Shown here piece by piece: positions 58,900-64,000 of a DNA stretch of 64,000 bases. The stretch comes from Eledone cirrhosa. Taxonomy: Eukaryota. Within the stretch, counting starts at the first letter, position 1. Each line of letters begins with the position of its first letter. The position numbers and the translations under genes were made by a program. The notes below the pieces were generated by a model. The model saw nothing but the letters and a program-made list of their open reading frames with translations, searched no databases and had not been told where the DNA came from. The stretch is taken from the NCBI GenBank assembly GCA_964016885.1, contig OZ024741.1:42656001-42720000 (forward strand). The letters are read 5' to 3'.

Positions 58900-59094
58900 G
58901 TCGATATTTGACGGTGTTATTCGTACCGCAGTAATTAGTACGGCAATCAGTCACTAGCATCAACTAGCAGTACTACTGGTGTTTATCTATTCACATCAGC
59001 ATCATAACTGACTACGTTGAGATATTCGCTTCGTAATCATATGGCGAGGGTTCAATCTCATTCAAGTGCCATTTTGTACAGCTACTCATAATAG

Positions 59095-59489
59095 TTATTT
59101 CTATTTTAGATACAAGGAGAATAATTTGAAGAAGAGTGGAAAGTCGATGAAATCGACTGATGCTTTATTTTATCGATCCTGTAATGTGGAAAGGCAAATA
59201 TAACATGTACTCAGAGCTAGAGGGTGATAACTCTATGCTGCAAAGCAAGGCGTCCTACCCTCTATGCATACTGCTGATCAACCACCCTTATAGCTACTCA
59301 TAATAATGACTTTTAATTTGGCACAAGGCCAGCAATTATCCAGTGCATTACTGGTACTTTATTTTATCGACCCCGTAAGGATGAAAGGCAAAGCTAACCT
59401 CGGTGGGATATGAACTCAGAATGGAAAGGGGCGTAACTCTATGCGTCAAAGCATGGCGTCCGACCCTCTACCGATGCTGTCAATCCACC
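59095..59489 (-). mobile_element. two SINE copies
   Basis: Reverse dominant SINE at 59095-59288 and 59305-59489. Confidence 0.8.
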
Positions 59490-59519
59490 GAATAATGGCT
59501 TTTAATTTTGCGACAATGG

Positions 59520-59720
59520 CATACACCTTTTGTTGGTGTGTGCACCGGCAAGAGACCTGGAGGAAGACCCCCAAGAAAGATAGTTGGGTAACATCTATGA
59601 ACTTGGCTGGTTACACTTTGACAGGACCCGCAGGAAGGAGTGTTTCAGGACTCTTCCCCCACGACCCTCTCAGGAATAAGTGGACGAAGAAGAAGAAGAA
59701 TAAGAATTATAATAATAAGA
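59520..59720 (+). mobile_element. RTE LINE extreme 3' fragment
   Basis: GKRPGGRP motif and (GAA)n tail. Confidence 0.5.
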
Positions 59721-59899
59721 AGTGTGTGTATGTGTGTGTGTGTGTGTATGTGAGTGTGTTTGTGGTGGAGGGAGTCGAATATATCGATTTCAGTACTCTC
59801 TGAACGTAAATAGCCAGAACTAATTAAATATCGCAAAGCACTTTATTCGATTCGTTAATGTGTGTGCTGAACTCCTTCCCCCACTACTAGTAAACATAT

Positions 59900-59948
<49 letters not shown>

Positions 59949-60159
59949 GCTACTACTACTACTACTACTACTACTACTGCTACTACTACTACTACTACTA
60001 CTACTGCTACTACTACTACTACTACTACTGCGGCGGCTACTACTGCGGCGGCTACTACTACTACTGCTGCTACTACTACTACTACTACTACTACTGCTAC
60101 TACTACTACTACTACTACTGCGGCGGCTACTACTGCGGCGGCTACTACTACTACTGCTG

Positions 60160-60222
<63 letters not shown>
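59900..60222. repeat. (CTA)n with CTG/CGG interruptions and an internal ~90-bp duplication
   Basis: Direct inspection. Confidence 0.9.
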
Positions 60223-60223
<1 letters not shown>

Positions 60224-61084
60224 GCTAAAAAATAATGCCACGGAACTCTTTGACACGTCAAAACAGTATTGTCTTTATATATATATATATATATAAATGG
60301 TGTGGGATGCTTAAAGCGTCCGTAAGCGGTAGGCTGTTTGAGCACTCGATGATCTTACAAAGCAGAGTATAATATCACATAAGAAACGGAGAATCAGTGG
60401 TGCGACGAATAAAATTTATTAGACATGTTACAATCGTTTCTCTGGCGACCAGCTCGAGGCACGAACGATGCAATGATCGAACCTGACTCTGAAATCGCAA
60501 GATCCTCAGATACGTCACGATTCTACGAAGCAGATTTTCCAAATATCCAGTTACACCCGCTGCCTTCACTCGGCAGCTTAAATCCTGTTGTTTTCTTTCG
60601 ATGAATGGTCAAGAATTATACACGTAATCGATATTTTTGGCCATCATGGCCGTCCTAAATTTGGTTCTTTTCATTTGCCACCTGTCAATCAAAGTTGTTT
60701 CTTATATCGGAATTACTACTGTAGGAAGTAAGGGGTTGTATGATTGAACCGCTCGCGCCGTGTCGCAGCTTTCCCGGCCTGTAGGCGCCCACACCCATCT
60801 CCATGTCTCGCGCAGGCGTGATGCATATGGGCACTTATACACCCACAGCAATCACATACATACCCGCAACTGTATTTTATCCAACAATCACAGTAAATAT
60901 TGAATGTTCAGCAAATACTTAGAAAGAATTTTAAAAAAATGGAAAAACATAAAAAAAGAACGTTTCAGAAAAAAACACCCTCAAAATACCTTAAAAAACA
61001 CAAACATTTTAAAAGGCTCTTTCAAGCATTCTTTTAAAAACGTCCCTTTTATAAGGCCTTTTTTTTAAAAGGAAAATATTGCCT

Positions 61085-61567
61085 CGGTGGAATAGGAAGT
61101 CAGTGTGCAGTGAATCTGAACGAATACCGCGAAGTCCGACGTTCTAATTCAACGGCCTACTGGATTAAATACATTATATTCAGAGACAATGCTTTGCAGC
61201 ATAGAGTTATAGCCCTTTGCGTTCTGAGTTCAAATCCCGCTGAGGTTAGCTTTGCCTTCCATCCTTACAGGGTCGATAAAAGAAAGTACCAATAATGCAC
61301 TAGGATCGATTTATCGATCCCCCCTTTAAAATTGCTGGTCTTGTGCCTATAGTAGCTGTTATATTAATTCAGTCTCGGCGGTGGATTGGCAGTATCGGTA
61401 GAGGGTCGGACGCCATGCTTTGACGCATAGAGTTACAGCCCTTTCCATTCTGAGTTCAAATCCCGCCGAGGTTAACTTTGCCTTTCATCCTTATGGGGTC
61501 GATAAAATAAAGTACCAGTAATGCACTGGGTAATTGCTGGCCTTGTGCCAAAAGTAGAAACAATTAT
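61085..61567 (+). mobile_element. two SINE copies; 61377-61567 is near consensus
   Basis: ggcggtggattggcagtatcggtagag..gagttcaaatcccgccgagg..gcctttcatcc..ggtcgataaaataaagtaccag. Confidence 0.88.
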
Positions 61568-62121
61568 ATTAATTCAGTTTTATTGACCTTCTACTTTCTG
61601 AGTTCAAATCTGAATGGGTTCGTTTTGACATTCAGATTTTGGTCAGGGATCAATATAATAAGTCATGGCAATAATTTACTGGAATTGAGCCAACCAAACC
61701 AATTACACTAGTCTCAAACATATTTATAGCTTTGTGCCATTGAGGGAAAAAAATCAATATTTGGTGAAAGGGTATGAAAGTCGTTCGTCACGCTCTTGTG
61801 ACTTGTTCACTGAAGTCTGTCGCGTGTATTGAGTTATTGGAAAATAGGATATATTTATTTATTTATTTACTTATTCATTTACTTATGTCATTGTTTGGTT
61901 AATTTCTATAACATTTTCTTTTATCTTCGTTATGACGTCAGCCTTTGACTGAATTGACATTTTGATAAATCAAAGAGAAACATTTGTATGTGGCAGTAAA
62001 ATGACGTATATTCAATCTGTTTCGATCAATTTTCAATAGATAAAACCTATTTAGTCCCTCGATCTATCATTACTGTAAATATCTCTCTCTCTCTCTCTCC
62101 TTCTATATATATCTCAATCTT

Positions 62122-62720
<599 letters not shown>

Positions 62721-63017
62721 ACCCTCCCATCCCCTCTGGCTTTCGGCTGACTGCCACAGTCGTGATGGGTAGCAGTAAACTTTGGTAGGGCTTGGGTGGG
62801 CCATTGTTTTGGCTGAGAGGGTGAACTGACAGCGAATTCCGTTGAAATCTGCGGTGGCTAATGGTCAACTTCCTTCGGACATGCGCTTGCGCAGACCGGT
62901 GGGGATGAATTGGTACTCACAAGGGAACGGATGAAAAACCCAAAAGCAGGAACTTCCTCCGTTCCCATGTCGATTCAATTTGGATTGCCTCGGAAACATA
63001 ACCTTATTATGTAACAA

Positions 63018-63091
63018 GCTGTCTGATGATGACACGACACTCGCACACAGAACAGTGTGGCCAGTGTCGTCATTGAAATATATATCACAGC
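63018..63091 (+). ncRNA. type I hammerhead ribozyme
   Basis: gctgt-CUGAUGA-extended stem II (acgacact/agtgtcgt, cacac/gtgtg)-GAAA-tatata-UC-acagc; attaaa downstream. Confidence 0.82.
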
Positions 63092-63137
63092 ATTATTATT
63101 AAAGGACTTGAACATCTTAAACTACTTCGCTTTTCCT

Positions 63138-63235
<98 letters not shown>

Positions 63236-63330
63236 GTAGAACACTGGAAGGTAATATCCGTAGTGGTAGAGCACTCAGTCCATGAGACGAGTTAGGTAGA
63301 CGTGGTTACACAACAGTTAGTTCACCATAC

Positions 63331-63368
63331 CGAGAACAATTGTTTTACCTTAGCGGATCCTCAGCTCG
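63331..63368 (-). ncRNA. decayed minimal hammerhead downstream of Hydra-like PLE ORF
   Basis: cgag-CUGAGGA-tccgctaaggt-aAAA-caattg-UU-ctcg; GAAA mutated to AAAA. Confidence 0.55.
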
Positions 63369-63545
63369 TAATGGGCATGGTTATACGGAACAGGAAGGAC
63401 AATCGTACGAACGCGCATGCGCAGATACCCGTCACCTCTCACAGGCAATACTAAAATGCGTGCGAGGTGTAAGGGAGATAACTGCGAAAGCCCGAAAAGT
63501 TTTTAGTTGATAAGAAAAAATATTGATGTTGTTACAATAATTCAT

Positions 63546-64000
63546 TCAATCCGGAGCTTTGTAGTTATCCAATAGGTGTTTCGAGACGTGTGGACAACGT
63601 GTGAAAAATCCATTTCTCGTGTTTAGGCAATCATTATTGCATAATCTCTTTAGAATATTTATTCGTTCGTCAATACACAGTCCACACGGCGGATTTCCCC
63701 TTGCGTATGGCTTGGACTTAGTGATGGCTTTCCATTGAATGGAGTAGTCTATACTTGAGTTCTTGAGGGACCATACGTGGCTCGCGAGTTTCATGGATGA
63801 ACGTCTGTGCGGGTACCTAAAGGTCGACTGATGGTTCAGGAAACGTTCCATAAATCGGCCTCCGCCATACCCACATAACATTTGACCTCCTGTGGTTGGT
63901 TTGGTCTGTTGGAAGTGACCACAGCTTCATAAATTACAGCTGGTGTGTTGCATTGCTGTTGAAGGGGGCAAGCTTCGGGCTTACGGCAAGAGCACCCTGG
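63546..64000 (-). pseudogene. GIY-YIG endonuclease end of a second PLE clade (Hydra-like), runs off the window
   Basis: CSCRKPEACPLQQQC..VIYEA..YVGM, a 1-nt frameshift near 63860, then RFLNH..HVW..CGLC..E..LN.R..RCPH. Confidence 0.8.

Noticed and set aside
59855-60256. Poly-Val/Leu ORFs, and poly-Lys/Phe ORFs at 40734-40974
   Set aside because: Trinucleotide microsatellites
61377-61470. tRNA genes suggested by gagttcaaatcc B-box motifs
   Set aside because: SINE heads; no complete cloverleaf

Overview
AT-rich, repeat-saturated eukaryotic DNA with no host protein-coding gene that I can support. The SINEs, RTE/CR1 LINEs and very abundant (TA)n/(CA)n/(GA)n tracts suggest a cephalopod (Octopus-like) intergenic or intronic region; that assignment is inference. 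The dominant content is Penelope-like retroelements (PLEs) inserted into (TA)n. These include a nearly complete RT + GIY-YIG element with an inverted 3' duplication (53721-58710), a second truncated inverted pair (51654-53370), a pLTR-only foldback (18174-18780), 38-49 bp minimal insertions, a sister family, the 3' end of a Hydra-type PLE, and many other 'inverted repeat + one-sided tail' inserts. Read by eye, these pLTRs carry more than a dozen type I hammerhead ribozyme motifs from at least seven unrelated families. Most notable: in two sister families the insertion terminus lies downstream of the hammerhead cleavage site and inside a codon-conserved ORF start (MTLPKxNNIxFxTRFxIKNLAK). This implies a circularly permuted (circular or tandem) RNA template. 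The window also holds a full-length decayed IR-DR Tc1 element, mariner/maT and hAT remnants, CR1 and RTE LINE fragments (one twin-primed) and about 25 SINE copies.
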